Below the pieces are notes generated by a model. It was not told the DNA's origin. It ran no database searches and worked only from the letters and a program-made list of their open reading frames with translations. A program made the translations under genes and the position numbers. A DNA stretch of 64,000 nt from Eledone cirrhosa (lineage: Eukaryota): positions 13,888,001 through 13,952,000 of the forward strand of contig OZ024740.1 of assembly GCA_964016885.1 (NCBI GenBank). Reading direction: 5' to 3'. This document shows positions 1-11,800 of the stretch, piece after piece; positions within the stretch are counted from its first letter, which is position 1; each line of letters opens with the position of its first letter.

Positions 1-501
1 TGTTTTAAAACCGTGTATCACTGGTATACAACCGGAGTAAGGTGTTTTAAAACTGTGTATTACTGGTATACAGCCGGAGTAAGGTGATTTAAAACCGTGT
101 ATTACTGGTATACAGCCGGAGTAAGGTGTTTTAAAACCGTGTATCACTGGTATACAGCCAAATATGTTTTAAAAGCGTGTATCACTGGTATACAGCCGGA
201 GTAAGGTGTTTTAAAACTGTGTATCACTGGTATACAGCCAGAGTACGGTGTTTTAGAACTGTGTATCAATGGTATACAGCCAGAGTAAGATGTTTTAAAA
301 CCGTGTATCACTGGTATACAGCCAGAGTACGGTGTTTTAGAACTGTGTATCACTGGTATACAGCCGGAGTAAGGTGTTTTAAAACCGTGTATCACTGGTA
401 TACAGCCAGAGTACGGTGTTTTAGAACTGTGTATAACTGGTATACAGCCAGAGTACGGTGTTTTAGAACTGTGTATCACTGGTATACAGCCGGAGTAAGG
501 T

Positions 502-511
502 GTTTTAAAAC
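502..511. repeat. Perfect 10-bp palindrome GTTTTAAAAC (example copy; present in most monomers; contains the DraI site TTTAAA)
   Basis: The reverse complement of GTTTTAAAAC is itself. Confidence 0.95.
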
Positions 512-531
512 TGTGTATCACTGGTATACAG
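511..531 (+). repeat. 21-bp imperfect inverted repeat CTGTGTATCA-C-TGGTATACAG (example copy; half of each monomer)
   Basis: The arms pair C-G, T-A, G-C, T-A, G.T, T-A, A-T, T.G, C-G around an ACT loop. It matches its own reverse complement at 16/21 positions. Confidence 0.9.
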
Positions 532-1729
532 CCGGAGTAAGGTGTTTTAAAACTGTGTATTACTGGTATACAGCCGGAGTAAGGTGTTTTAAAAATGTGT
601 ATCACTGGTATACAGCCTGAGTAAGGTGTTTTAAAACTGTGTATCACTGGTATACAGCCGGAGTAAGCTGTTTTAAAACTGTGTATCACTGGTATACAGC
701 CGGAGTAAGGTGTTTTAAAACTGTGTATCACTGGTATACAGCCGGAGTAAGGTGTTTTAAAACTGTGTATTACAGGTATACAGCCAGAGTACAGTGTTTT
801 AAAACCGTGTATCACTGGTATACAGCCGGAGTAAGATGTTTTAAAACTGTGTATCACTGGTATACAGCCAGAGTACGGTGTTTTAAAACCGTGTATCACT
901 GGTATACAGCCAGAGTACGGTGTTTTAAAACTGTGTATCACTGGTATACAGCCGGAGTAAGGTGTTTTAAAACTGTGTATTACAGGTATACAGCCGGAGT
1001 AAGGTGTTTTAAAACTGTGTATTACTGGTATACAGCCGGAGTAAGGTGTTTTAAAACTGTGTATTACTGGTATACAGCCGGAGTAAGGTGTTCTAAAACT
1101 GTGTATTACTGGTATACAGCCGGAGTAAGGTGTTTTAAAACTGTGTATTACAGGTATACAGTCGGAGTAAGGTGTTTTAAAACTGTGTATTTCAGGTATA
1201 CAGCCGGAGTAAGGTGTTTTAAAACTGTGTATTACTGGTATACAGCCGGAGTAAGGTGTTTTAAAACTGTGTATTGCAGGTATACAGCCGGAGTAAGGTG
1301 TTTTAAAACTGTGTATCACTGGTATACAGCCGGAGTTAGGTGTTTTAAAACTGTGCATTACAGGTATACAGCCGGAGTAAGGTGTTTTAAAACTGTGTAT
1401 CACTGGTATACAGCCGGAGTTAGGTGTTTTAAAACTGTGCATTACAGGTATACAGCCGGAGTAAGGTGTTTTAAAACTGTGTATCACTGGTATACAGCCG
1501 GAGTAAGGTGTTTTAAAACTGTGTATTACTGGTATACAGCCGGAGTAAGGTGTTTTAAAACGGTGTATCACTGGTATACAGCCGGAGTAAGGTGTTTTAA
1601 AACTGTGTATCACTGGTATACAGCCAGAGTACGGTGTTTTAAAACTGTGTATCACTGGTATACAGCCGGAGTAAGGTGTTTTAAAACCGTGTATCACTGG
1701 TATACAGCCGGAGTAAGGTGTTTTAAAAC

Positions 1730-2110
1730 TGTGAATTACTGGTATACAGCCTGAGTAAGGTGTTTTAATACAGCCAGAGTAAGGCGTTTTAAATTGTATA
1801 TTACTGGTATACAGCCGGAGTAAGGCGTTTTAAAACTGAATCACTGGTATACAGCCAAAGATATTTTAAAACCGGGTTTCACTGGTATACAGCCAGAGTC
1901 AGGTGTTTTAAAACTGTATCACTGGTATACAGCCAAAGATATTTTAAAACTGTGTATTACAGGTATACAGCCGGAGTAAGTTGTTTTAAAACTGTGTATT
2001 ACTGTTATACAGCTAAAGATGTTTTAAAACCGTGTATCACTGGTACACAGCCGGATAAGGTGTTTTAAAACTGTGTATTACTGGTATACAGCTAAAGATG
2101 TTTTAAAACC
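1730..2110 (+). repeat. Degenerate short-monomer cassette (first full example of ~30), marking a higher-order repeat
   Basis: An ordered series of 24-bp (TGTTTTAATACAGCC), 41-bp (TTTTAAATTG, GGATAAGG), 40/36-bp (CTGTATCA) and 38-bp (GCCAAAGATATTTT, GCTAAAGATGTTTT) monomers. The marker TATTACTGTTATACAGCTAAAGATG recurs near 1997, 3066, 4791, 6931, 12999, 15018, 16743, 18883, 21117, 23463, 25697, 26884, 29574, 30225, 31002, 33264, 35498, 36685, 39375, 40026, 41667, 48229, 50104, 51829, 53969, 56203, 57390, 60080, 60731 and 62971. Confidence 0.9.
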
Positions 2111-2989
2111 GTGTATCACTGGTATACAACCGGAGTAAGGTGTTTTAAAACTGTGTATCACTGGTATACAGCCAGAGTACGGTGTTTTAAAACTGTGTAT
2201 TACTGGTATACAGCCAGAGTACGGTGTTTTAAAACAGTGTATCACTGGTATACAGCCGGAGTAAGGTGTTTTAAAACTGTGTATTACTGGTATACATCCG
2301 GAGTAAGGTGTTTTAAAACCGTGTATTACTGGTATACAGCCGGAGTAAGGTGTTTTAAAACCGTGTATCACTGGTATACAGCCAAATATGTTTTAAAAGC
2401 GTGTATCACTGGTATACAGCCGGAGTAAGGTGTTTTAAAACTGTGTATCACTGGTATACAGCCGGAGTAAGGTGTTTTAAAACTGTGTATTACTTGTATA
2501 CAGCCAGAGTACGGTGTTTGTTTAAAAACAGTGTATCACTGGAATACAGCCGGAGTAAGGTGTTTTAAAACTGTGTATTACTGGTATACAGCCGGAGTAA
2601 GGTGTTTTAAAACGGTGTATCACTGGTATACAGCCGGAGTAAGGTGTTTTAAAACTGTGTATCACTGGTATAAGCCAGAGTACGGTGTTTTAAAACTGTG
2701 TATCACTGGTATACAGCCGGAGTAAGGTGTTTTAAAACCGTGTATCACTGGTATACAGCCGGAGTAAGGTGTTTTAAAACTGTGAATTACTGGTATACAG
2801 CCTGAGTAAGGTGTTTTAAAACCGTGTATTACAGGTATACAGCCAGAGTAAGGCGTTTTAAATTGTATATTACTGGTATACAGCCGGAGTAAGGCGTTTT
2901 AAAACTGTATCACTGGTATACAGCCAAAGATAATTTAAAACCGGGTTTCACTGGTATACAGCCAGAGTAAGGTGTTTTAAAACTGTATC

Positions 2990-5900
2990 ACTGGTATACA
3001 GCCAAAGATATTTTAAAACTGTGTATTACAGGTATACAGCCGGAGTAAGTTGTTTTAAAACTGTGTATTACTGTTATACAGCTAAAGATGTTTTAAAACC
3101 GTGTATCACTGGTATACAACCGGAGTAAGGTGTTTTAAAACTGTGTATTACTGGTATACAGCCGGAGTAAGGTGTTTTAAAACCGTGTATTACTGGTATA
3201 CAGCCGGAGTAAGGTGTTTTAAAACCGTGTATCACTGGTATACAGCCAAATATGTTTTAAAAGCGTGTATCACTGGTATACAGCCGGAGTAAGGTGTTTT
3301 AAAACTGTGTATCACTGGTATACAGCCAGAGTACGGTGTTTTAGAACTGTGTATCAATGGTATACAGCCAGAGTAAGATGTTTTAAAACCGTGTATCACT
3401 GGTATACAGCCAGAGTACGGTGTTTTAGAACTGTGTATCACTGGTATACAGCCGGAGTAAGGTGTTTTAAAACCGTGTATCACTGGTATACAGCCAGAGT
3501 ACGGTGTTTTAGAACTGTGTATAACTGGTATACAGCCAGAGTACGGTGTTTTAGAACTGTGTATCACTGGTATACAGCCGGAGTAAGGTGTTTTAAAACT
3601 GTGTATCACTGGTATACAGCCGGAGTAAGGTGTTTTAAAACTGTGTATTACTGGTATACAGCCGGAGTAAGGTGTTTTAAAAATGTGTATCACTGGTATA
3701 CAGCCAGAGTAAGGTGTTTTAAAACTGTGTATCACTGGTATACAGCCGGAGTAAGGTGTTTTAAAACTGTGTATCACTGGTATACAGCCGGAGTAAGGTG
3801 TTTTAAAACTGTGTATCACTGGTATACAGCCGGAGTAAGGTGTTTTAAAACTGTGTATTACAGGTATACAGCCAGAGTACAGTGTTTTAAAACCGTGTAT
3901 CACTGGTATACAGCCGGAGTAAGATGTTTTAAAACTGTGTATCACTGGTATACAGACAGAGTACGGTGTTTTAAAACCGTGTATCACTGGTATACAGCCA
4001 GAGTACGGTGTTTTAAAACTGTGTATCACTGGTATACAGCCGGAGTAAGGTGTTTTAAAACTGTGTATTACAGGTATACAGCCGGAGTAAGGTGTTTTAA
4101 AACTGTGTATTACTGGTATACAGCCGGAGTAAGGTGTTTTAAAACTGTGTATTACTGGTATACAGCCGGAGTAAGGTGTTCTAAAACTGTGTATTACTGG
4201 TATACAGCCGGAGTAAGGTGTTTTAAAACTGTGTATTACAGGTATACAGCCGGAGTAAGGTGTTTTAAAACTGTGTATTTCAGGTATACAGCCGGAGTAA
4301 GGTGTTTTAAAACTGTGTATTACTGGTATACAGCCGGAGTAAGGTGTTTTAAAACGGTGTATCACTGGTATACAGCCGGAGTAAGGTGTTTTAAAACTGT
4401 GTATCACTGGTATACAGCCAGAGTACGGTGTTTTAAAACTGTGTATCACTGGTATACAGCCGGAGTAAGGTGTTTTAAAACCGTGTATCACTGGTATACA
4501 GCCGGAGTAAGGTGTTTTAAAACTGTGAATTACTGGTATACAGCCTGAGTAAGGTGTTTTAATACAGCCAGAGTAAGGCGTTTTAAATTGTATATTACTG
4601 GTATACAGCCGGAGTAAGGCGTTTTAAAACTGAATCACTGGTATACAGCCAAAGATATTTTAAAACCGGGTTTCACTGGTATACAGCCAGAGTAACGTGT
4701 TTTAAAACTGTATCACTGGTATACAGCCAAAGATATTTTAAAACTGTGTATTACAGGTATACAGCCGGAGTAAGTTGTTTTAAAACTGTGTATTACTGTT
4801 ATACAGCTAAAGATGTTTTAAAACCGTGTATCACTGGTACACAGCCGGATAAGGTGTTTTAAAACTCTGTATTACTGGTATACAGCTAAAGATGTTTTAA
4901 AACCGTGTATCACTGGTATACAACCGGAGTAAGGTGTTTTAAAACTGTGTATCACTGGTATACAGCCAGAGTACGGTGTTTTAAAACTGTGTATTACTGG
5001 TATACAGCCAGAGTACGGTGTTTTAAAACAGTGTATCACTGGTATACAGCCGGAGTAAGGTGTTTTAAAACTGTGTATTACTGGTATACAGCCGGAGTAA
5101 GGTGTTTTAAAACCGTGTATTACTGGTATACAGCCGGAGTAAGGTGTTTTAAAACCGTGTATCACTGGTATACAGCCAAATATGTTTTAAAAGCGTGTAT
5201 CACTGGTATACAGCCGGAGTAAGGTGTTTTAAAACTGTGTATCACTGGTATACAGCCAGAGTACGGTGTTTTAGAACTGTGTATCAATGGTATACAGCCA
5301 GAGTAAGATGTTTTAAAACCGTGTATCACTGGTATACAGCCAGAGTACGGTGTTTTAGAACTGTGTATCACTGGTATACAGCTGGAGTAAGGTGTTTTAA
5401 AACCGTGTATCACTGGTATACAGCCAGAGTACGGTGTTTTAGAACTGTGTATAACTGGTATACAGCCAGAGTACGGTGTTTTAGAACTGTGTATCACTGG
5501 TATACAGCCGGAGTAAGGTGTTTTAAAACTGTGTATCACTGGTATACAGCCGGAGTAAGGTGTTTTAAAAATGTGTATCACTGGTATACAGCCAGAGTAA
5601 GGTGTTTTAAAACTGTGTATCACTGGTATACAGCCGGAGTAAGGTGTTTTAAAACTGTGTATCACTGGTATACAGCCGGAGTAAGGTGTTTTAAAACTGT
5701 GTATCACTGGTATACAGCCGGAGTAAGGTGTTTTAAAACTGTGTATTACAGGTATACAGCCAGAGTACAGTGTTTTAAAACCGTGTATCACTGGTATACA
5801 GCCGGAGTAAGATGTTTTAAAACTGTGTATCACTGGTATACAGCCAGAGTACGGTGTTTAAAAACCGTGTATCACTGGTATACAGCCAGAGTACGGTGTT

Positions 5901-7400
5901 TTAAAACTGTGTATCACTGGTATACAGCCGGAGTAAGGTGTTTTAAAACTGTGTATTACAGGTATACAGCCGGAGTAAGGTGTTTTAAAACTGTGTATTA
6001 CTGGTATACAGCCGGAGTAAGGTGTTCTAAAACTGTGTATTACTGGTATACAGCCGGAGTAAGGTGTTTTAAAACTGTGTATTACAGGTATACAGCCGGA
6101 GTAAGGTGTTTTAAAACTGTGTATTTCAGGTATACAGCCGGAGTAAGGTGTTTTAAAACTGTGTATTACTGGTATACAGCCGGAGTAAGGTGTTTTAAAA
6201 CTGTGTATTGCAGGTATACAGCCGGAGTAAGGTGTTTTAAAACTGTGTATCACTGGTATACAGCCGGAGTTAGGTGTTTTAAAACTGTGCATTACAGGTA
6301 TACAGCCGGAGTAAGGTGTTTTAAAACTGTGTATCACTGGTATACAGCCGGAGTTAGGTGTTTTAAAACTGTGCATTACAGGTATACAGCCGGAGTAAGG
6401 TGTTTTAAAACTGTGTATCACTGGTATACAGCCGGAGTAAGGTGTTTTAAAACTGTGTATTACTGGTATACAGCCGGAGTAAGGTGTTTTAAAACGGTGT
6501 ATCACTGGTATACAGCCGGAGTAAGGTGTTTTAAAACTGTGTATCACTGGTATACAGCCAGAGTACGGTGTTTTAAAACTGTGTATCACTGGTATACAGC
6601 CGGAGTAAGGTGTTTTAAAACCGTGTATCACTGGTATACAGCCGGAGTAAGGTGTTTTAAAACTGTGAATTACTGGTATACAGCCTGAGTAAGGTGTTTT
6701 AATACAGCCAGAGTAAGGCGTTTTAAATTGTATATTACTGGTATACAGCCGGAGTAAGGCGTTTTAAAACTGAATCACTGGTATACAGCCAAAGATATTT
6801 TAAAACCGGGTTTCACTGGTATACAGCCAGAGTAAGGTGTTTTAAAACTGTATCACTGGTATACAGCCAAAGATATTTTAAAACTGTGTATTACAGGTAT
6901 ACAGCCGGAGTAAGTTGTTTTAAAACTGTGTATTACTGTTATACAGCTAAAGATGTTTTAAAACCGTGTATCACTGGTACACAGCCGGATAAGGTGTTTT
7001 AAAACTGTGTATTACTGGTATACAGCTAAAGATGTTTTAAAACCGTGTATCACTGGTATACAACCGGAGTAAGGTGTTTTAAAACTGTGTATCACTGGTA
7101 TACAGCCAGAGTACGGTGTTTTAAAACTGTGTATTACTGGTATACAGCCAGAGTACGGTGTTTTAAAACAGTGTATCACTGGTATACAGCCGGAGTAAGG
7201 TGTTTTAAAACTGTGTATTACTGGTATACAGCCGGAGTAAGGTGTTTTAAAACCGTGTATTACTGGTATACAGCCGGAGTAAGGTGTTTTAAAACCGTGT
7301 ATCACTGGTATACAGCCAAATATGTTTTAAAAGCGTGTATCACTGGTATACAGCCGGAGTAAGGTGTTTTAAAACTGTGTATCACTGGTATACAGCCAGA
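2990..7400 (+). repeat. ~4.4-kb block duplicated at +11,952 bp (copy at ~14,940-19,350)
   Basis: ORF landmarks share one offset: 3101/15053, 3232/15184, 4872/16824, 5162/17114, 7012/18964. Both copies carry the rare variant CAGACAGAG (near 3953 and 15905). Confidence 0.88.
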
Positions 7401-7679
7401 GCACGGTGTTTTAAAACTGTGTATTACTTGTATACAGCCAGAGTACGGTGTTTTAAAACAGTGTATCACTGGAATACAGCCGGAGTAAGGTGTTTTAAAA
7501 CTGTGTATTACTGGTATACAGCCGGAGTAAGGTGTTTTAAAACCGTGAATTACTGGTATACAGCCGGAGTAAGGTGTTTTAAAACCGTGTATCACTGGTA
7601 TACAGCCAGAGTAAGGTGTTTTAAAACCGTGTATCACAGGTATACAGCCGGAGTAATGTGTTTTAAAACCGTGTATCGC

Positions 7680-10600
7680 TGGTATACAGCCGGAGTAAAA
7701 TGTTTTAAAACTGTGTATCACTTGTATACAGCCGGAAAAAGTAGTTTTAAAACTGTGTATTACTGGTATACAGGCGGAGTAAGGTGTTTTAAAACTGTGT
7801 ATCACTGGTATACAGCCGGAGTAAGGTGTTTTAAAACTGTGTATCACTGGTATACAGCCGGAGTAAGGTGTTTTAAAACTGTGTATTACTGGTATACAGC
7901 CGGAGTAAAATGTTTTAAAACTGTGTATCACTTGTATACAGCCGGAAAAAGTAGTTTTAAAACTGTGTATTACTGGTATACAGGCGGAGTAAGGTGTTTT
8001 AAAACTGTGTATCACTGGTATACAGCCGGAGTAAGGTGTTTTAAAACTGTGTATCACTGGTATACAGCCGGAGTAAGGTGTTTTAAAACTGTGTATTACT
8101 GGTATACAGCCGGAGTAAGGTGTTTTAAAACTGTGTTTCACTGGTATACAGCCGGAGTAAGGTGTTTTAAAACTGTGTATTACCAGTATACAGCCAGAGT
8201 AAGGTGTTTTAAAACTGTGTATTACATGTATACAGACGGAGTAAGGTGTTTTAAAACCGTGTATCACTGGTATACAGCCGGAGTAAGGTGTTTTAAAACT
8301 GTGTATTACAGGTATACAGCCGGAGTAAGGTGTTTTAAAACTGTGTATTACTGGTATACAGCCGGAGTAAGGTGTTTTAAAACTGTATATTACTGGTATA
8401 CAGCCAGAGTACGGTGTTTTAAAACTGTGTATTACAGGTATACAGCCGGAGTAAGGTGTTTTAAAACTGTGTATCACTGGTATACAGCCGGAGTAAGGTG
8501 TTTTAAAACTGTGTATTACTGGTATACAGCCGGAGTAAGGTGTTTTAAAACTGTGTATTACTGGTATACAGCCGGAGTAAGGTGTTTTAAAACTGTGTAT
8601 CACTGGTATACAGCCGGAGTAAGGTGTTTTAAAACTGTGAATTACAGGTATACAGCCGGAGTAAGGTGTTTTAAAACTGTGTATTACAGGTATACAGCCG
8701 GAGTAAGGTGTTTTAAAACTGTGTATTACAGGTATACAGCCGGAGTAAGGTGTTTTAAAACTGTGTATCACTGGTATACAGCCAGAGTACGGTGTTTTAA
8801 AACTGTGTATTACAGGTATACAGCCGGAGTAAGGTGTTTTAAAACTGTGTATTACACGTATACAGCCGGAGTAAAATGTTTTAAAACTGTGTATCACTGG
8901 TATACAGCCGGAGTAAGGTGTTTTAAAACTGTGTATTACTGGTATACAGGCGGAGTAAGGTGTTTTAAAACTGTGTATCACTGGTATACAGCCGGAGTAA
9001 GGTGTTTTAAAACTGTGTATCACTGGTATACAGCCGGAGTAAGGTGTTTTAAAACTGTGTTTCACTGGTATACAGCCGGAGTAAGGTGTTTTAAAACTGT
9101 GTATTACAGGTATACAGCCGGAGTAAGGTGTTTTAAAACTGTGTATTACATGTATACAGACGGAGTAAGGTGTTTGAAAACCGTGTATCACTGGTATACA
9201 GCCGGAGTTAGGTGTTTTAAAACTGTGTATTACTGGTATACAGCCGGAGTAAGGTGTTTTAAAACTGTGTATTACAGGTATACAGCCGGAGTAAGGTGTT
9301 TTAAAACTGTGTATTACTGGTATACAGCCGGAGTAAGGTGTTTTAAAACTGTATATTACTGGTATACAGCCAGAGTACGGTGTTTTAAAACTGTGTATTA
9401 CAGGTATACAGCCGGAGTAAGGTGTTTTAAAACTGTGTATTACACGTATACAGCCGGAGTAAAATGTTTTAAAATTGTGTATCATTGGTATACAGCCGGA
9501 GTAAGGTGTTTTAAAACTGTCTATTACTGGTATACAGCCGGAGTAAGGTGTTTTAAAACTGTGTATTACACGTATACAGCCGGAGTAAAATGTTTTAAAA
9601 CTGTGTATCACTGGTATACAGCCGGAGTAAGGTGTTTTAAAACTGTGTATTACTGGTATACAGCCGGAGTAAGGTGTTTTAAAACTGTGTATTACTGGTA
9701 TACAGGCGGAGTAAGGTGTTTTAAAACCGTGTATCACTGGTATACAGCCGGAGTAAGATGTTTTAAAACCGTGTATCACTGGTATACAACCGGAGTAAGG
9801 TGTTTTAAAATTGTGTATCACTGGTATAAGCCGGAGTAAGGTGTTTTAAAACTGTGTATCACTGGTATACAGCCGGAGTAAGGTGTTTTAAAACTGTCTA
9901 TTACATGTATACAGCCGGAGTAAGGTGTTTTAAAACTGTGTATTACATGTATACAGACGGAGTAAGGTGTTTTAAAACCGTGTATCACTGGTATACAGCC
10001 TGAGTCAGGTGTTTTAAAACTGTGTATTACTGGTATACAGCCGGAGTAAGGTGTTTTAAAACTGTGTATTACAGGTATACAGCCGGAGTAAGGTGTTTTA
10101 AAACTGTGTATCACTGGTATACAGCCAGAGTACGGTGTTTTAAAACTGTGTATCACTGGTATACAGCCGGAGTAAGGTGTTTTAAAACTGTGTATTACAG
10201 GTATACAGCCGGAGTAAGGTGTTTTAAAACTGTGTATCACTGGTATACAGCCGGAGTAAGGTGTTTTAAAACTGTGTATTACAGGTATACAGCCGGAGTA
10301 AGGTGTTTTAAAACTGTGTATTACGGTATACAGCCGGAGTAAGGTGTTTTAAAATTGTGTATTACTGGTATACAGCCGGAGTAAGGTGTTTTAAAACTGT
10401 GTATTACAAGTATACAGCCGGAGTAAGGTGTTTTAAAACCGTGCATCACTGGTATACAGCCGGAGTAAGGTGTTTTAAAACTGTGTGTCACTGGTATACA
10501 GCCGGAGTAAGGTGTTTTAAAACTGTGAATTACAGGTATACAGCCGGAGTAAGGTGTTTTAAAACTGTGTATTACAGGTATACAGCCGGAGTAAGGTGTT

Positions 10601-11800
10601 TTAAAACTGTGTATCACTGGTATACAGCCAGAGTACGGTGTTTTAAAACTGTGTATTACAGGTATACAGCCGGAGTAAGGTGTTTTAAAACTGTGTATTA
10701 CATGTATACAGACGGAGTAATGTGTTTTAAAACCGTGTATAACTGGTATACAGCCGGAGTAAGGTGTTTTAAAACTGTGTATTACTGGTATACAGCCGGA
10801 GTAAGGTGTTTTAAAACTGTGTATTACAGGTATACAGCCGGAGTAAGGTGTTTTAAAACTGTGTATTACTGGTATACAGCCGGAGTAAGGTGTTTTAAAA
10901 CTGTATATTACTGGTATACAGCCAGAGTACGGTGTTTTAAAACTGTGTATTACAGGTATACAGCCGGAGTAAGGTGTTTTAAAACTGTGTATTAAACGTA
11001 TACAGCCGGAGTAAAATGTTTTAAAACTGTGTATCACTGGTATACAGCCGGAGTAAGGTGTTTTAAAACTGTGTATTACTGGTATACAGCCGGAGTAAGG
11101 TGTTTTAAAACTGTGTATTACTGGTATGCAGGCGGAGTAAGGTGCTTTAAAACTGTGTATCACTGGTATACAGCCGGAGTAAGGTGTTTTAAAACTGTGT
11201 ATCACTGGTATACAGCCGGAGTAAGGTGTTTTAAAACCGTGTATCACTGGTATACAGCCGGAGTAAGGTGTTTTAAAACTGTGTATTACTGGTATACAGC
11301 CGGAGAATGGTGTTTTAAAACTGTGTATCACTGGTATACAGCCGGAGTAAGGTGTTTTAAAACTGTGTATTACTGGTATACAGCCGGTGTAAGGTGTTTT
11401 AAAAATGTGTATCACTGGTATACAGCCAGAGTAAGGTGTTTTAAAACTGTGTATTACAGGTATACAGCCGGAGTAAAGTGTTTTAAAACTGTGTATCACT
11501 GGTATACAGCCGGAGTAAGGTGTTTTAAAACCGTGTATCACTGGTATACAGCCGGGGTAAGGTGTTTTAAAACTGTGTATTACTGGTATACAGCCGGAGT
11601 ACGGCGTTTTAAAACTGTGTATTACTGGTATACAGCCGGAGTAAGGTGTTTTAAAACTGTGTATTACTGGTATACAGCCGGAGTAAGGTGTTTTAAAACT
11701 GTGTATTACTGGTATACAGCCGGAGTACGGTGTTTTAAAACTGTGTAACACTGGTACACAGCCGGAGTACGGTGTTTTAAAACTGTGTATTACTGGTATA
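7680..11800 (+). repeat. Distinct satellite sub-domain (copy 1): almost pure 42-bp monomers with its own variant set
   Basis: No 38-bp monomers. Characteristic variants are TACATGTATACAGACGG, TACACGTAT, GTAAAATG, CAGGCGG, GGAAAAAGTAGTTTT and GGAGAATGG. It yields the 834-867 aa artefact ORFs. Confidence 0.85.

Noticed and set aside
250-264. CRISPR array: GTTTTAGAACTGTGT resembles the 5' end of type II-A repeats (GTTTTAGAGCTGTGT...)
   Set aside because: There are no unique spacers because the whole 42 bp repeats. No leader, tracrRNA or cas genes are present, and the resemblance is confined to ~15 bp of a minority allele.
511-531. LexA/SOS boxes (CTGT...ACAG)
   Set aside because: The spacing is N13 (N11 in 40-bp monomers), not the CTGT-N8-ACAG of gammaproteobacterial SOS boxes, and there is no bacterial gene context.
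144-1697. C2H2 zinc-finger array (periodic Cys/His and a KTPY motif loosely like the TGEKPY linker; 84 bp = 28 aa)
   Set aside because: The unit is 14 aa with one Cys and one His and has no CxxC-x12-HxxxH spacing.
1748-1762. Hammerhead ribozyme or retrozyme satellite (CTGAGTA)
   Set aside because: The catalytic core needs CUGANGA plus GAAA and three stems. CTGAGTA does not fit and is only a minor allele.
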